A stretch of 64,000 bases of DNA from a bacterium. Lineage in GTDB: Bacteria; Acidobacteriota; Blastocatellia; HR10. Positions 60,989 to 64,000 of this stretch are shown in pieces. The DNA is taken from assembly GCA_041640655.1 (NCBI GenBank), contig JBEPZV010000002.1, forward strand, positions 128,001 through 192,000, in the 5' to 3' direction. The first letter of the stretch is position 1; each line of letters opens with the position of its first letter. Both the position numbers and the translations under genes were made by a program. Under the pieces are notes generated by a model. That model was given only the letters and a program-made list of their open reading frames with translations. It was not told the DNA's origin and did not search any database.

Positions 60989-61966
60989 ATGACCGCAGAG
61001 CGTCCGATCTTGGCCGTCGTGGGGCCGACGGCGTCAGGAAAGAGCGAGCTGGGGATCGCCCTGGCCGAAGCTTTCGACGGTGAGATCATCAACTGCGATT
61101 CCGTGCAGCTCTACCGAGGGCTGTACGTGGGCACGGCGAAGGTCCCGCCGGAGAAGCGGCGCGGCATCCCGCACCATCTCATTGACGTTCTGGATCCCAC
61201 GGAGCATTTCACGGCGGGCGAATACGCGCGTCGCGCGCTCTCGGTCATCGAGGAGATCGAGGCGCGGGGTAAGCTCGCCATCCTCGTCGGCGGGACGGGC
61301 TTCTATATCCGGGCGCTGCGTCAACCGCTCTTCCCCTCCCCGCCGACGGACCTCGTCTTACGAGAGCGATTGAAGCGCATCCTGCAGCGGCGCGGGCCAC
61401 CGCATCTGCATCGGATGCTCGCGCGCGTGGATCCGGAGGCAGCCGCGCGCATCTCCCCACGAGATTGGGCGCGCACGACGCGCGCGCTGGAGTATTTCTT
61501 CCAGACCGGGCGGCGCATCTCCGAAGCGCAGCGCGAGCGTCCCGCTCCCCCATCGCTGGCGCATCGGCTGCACCTGATCGCCTTGAATCCGCCGCGCGAG
61601 GAGCTGTACCGCCGTATCAATCGGCGCGCGGAGGAGATGTTCGCGCGCGGATGGGTCGAGGAGGTGCAGGCGCTGCTGCGATCGGGGGTCCCGGAGACGG
61701 CCAAGGCGCTTCAGGCCCACGGGTATCGGCGGATCGTGCAGTACCTGCGCGGGGAGATCTCGCTCGCACAAGCGCTTGAGCTGACGCAGCGCGACGTGCG
61801 CCATTACGCGAAACGACAGCTCACCTGGTTTCGTCGCGAACCCAACGTCATCTGGTTTCACGGATTCGGCGATGATCCTCATCTTCAGCGCGAGGTGATG
61901 CGCGTGATCCGTGCGCGGTGGGGTGAGCTCTTGACCGATGTTGAAAACCGGGCCGCGAGGTGTTAG
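60989..61966 (+). CDS. miaA: tRNA dimethylallyltransferase
   Basis: GPTASGKS, DS.Q.Y, GTAK, HHLID, VGGTGFY, YAKRQLTWF. Confidence 0.97.
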   Translation: MTAERPILAVVGPTASGKSELGIALAEAFDGEIINCDSVQLYRGLYVGTAKVPPEKRRGIPHHLIDVLDPTEHFTAGEYARRALSVIEEIEARGKLAILVGGTGFYIRALRQPLFPSPPTDLVLRERLKRILQRRGPPHLHRMLARVDPEAAARISPRDWARTTRALEYFFQTGRRISEAQRERPAPPSLAHRLHLIALNPPREELYRRINRRAEEMFARGWVEEVQALLRSGVPETAKALQAHGYRRIVQYLRGEISLAQALELTQRDVRHYAKRQLTWFRREPNVIWFHGFGDDPHLQREVMRVIRARWGELLTDVENRAARC

Positions 61967-61982
61967 GGTTAGGGGTGGTCCC

Positions 61983-62591
61983 ATGCGAGGGGTATTCATC
62001 ACGTTCGAGGGGATTGATGGGAGCGGCAAGACGACGATGCTCGAACGCGTCGCGCTGAAGTTGCAGTCTCTGGGTTTTCGTGTTGTGGTGACGCGCGAGC
62101 CGGGAGGGACTGAGTTGGGTCGCGCTGTTCGCGATCTCGTGCTCACGCGTGAGATGTCACCGATGGCGGAGCTCTTCCTCTACGCGGCGGATCGCGCCGA
62201 GCATGTCGCGCGCGTCATTCGACCGGCCCTGGAGGCGGGGCTCATCGTCCTCTCCGATCGGTATGCGGATGCGACGCTCGCTTATCAAGGCTACGGGCGG
62301 GGGCTGCCTCTTGAGATGGTTCGCGAGGTGAACCGGTGGGCGACCGATGGGGTGATGCCAGAGCTCACGATCGTGCTCGATTGCGAGATCGCCGAAGCGC
62401 GGCGCCGCAAGGGGTGGCTCACGGATCGGTTCGAGCGCGGTGGCGAAGACTTCCTGGCCCGCGTGCGGCAGGGGTATTTGGAGGTTGCGCTGGAGGAGCC
62501 CGAGCGCGTTCGCGTCATCTCCTCCTCGGGGCCGAAGGATGTGACGGCCGAGCTGGTCTGGACAACGGTGGCGTCCGCGCTCAATCTGTGA
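61983..62591 (+). CDS. tmk: Thymidylate kinase
   Basis: FITFEGIDGSGKTT, TREPGGT, DRY..AT.AYQG. Confidence 0.97.
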   Translation: MRGVFITFEGIDGSGKTTMLERVALKLQSLGFRVVVTREPGGTELGRAVRDLVLTREMSPMAELFLYAADRAEHVARVIRPALEAGLIVLSDRYADATLAYQGYGRGLPLEMVREVNRWATDGVMPELTIVLDCEIAEARRRKGWLTDRFERGGEDFLARVRQGYLEVALEEPERVRVISSSGPKDVTAELVWTTVASALNL

Positions 62592-62665
62592 CCGATCACC
62601 TGTTTCACCCCGCGGGCGAGGTGGTGGACGCTCACCGAAACGACGGCTTGCGACCATCCTTGACG

Positions 62666-64000
<1,335 letters not shown>

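Overview
GC-rich bacterial chromosome segment; the gene style suggests a thermophilic Acidobacteriota/Blastocatellia-like organism, which is a guess. Bases ~400-22,400 hold a minus-strand hybrid CRISPR-Cas locus. A type I-B system (cas6, cas6, cas8b with a likely internal Cas11 start, cas7, cas5 ... cas3, cas4, cas1, cas2) is interrupted between cas5 and cas3 by a complete type III-D cassette. The cassette has an HD-less Cas10 with GGDD, four Cas7-group RAMPs, Csx10, Csx19, two small-subunit-like genes, an embedded fused MNT-HEPN gene and two CARF proteins. It is bracketed by a 10-bp direct repeat. No true CRISPR array lies in the window, but a repeat-spacer-repeat unit overlapping a small ORF sits in the leader of the Cascade operon. 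The rest (22.7-64 kb) is mostly housekeeping: tsaD, mtnA, rsmE, prmA, an APC/USP/TrkA cluster, tRNA-Lys(UUU), a solo groEL, mutL, aspS, hisS, rsmD, rlmN, mpl, comEA, comM, hsp20, miaA, tmk, holB and partial proS. Two unexpected items lie there. One is a self-contained transcription unit encoding two paralogous 35-36 aa prepilin-like peptides missed by the ORF track. The other is a divergent RpoD-like sigma factor coupled to an N-terminally truncated Rho. All calls come from reading motifs by eye; no searches were run.
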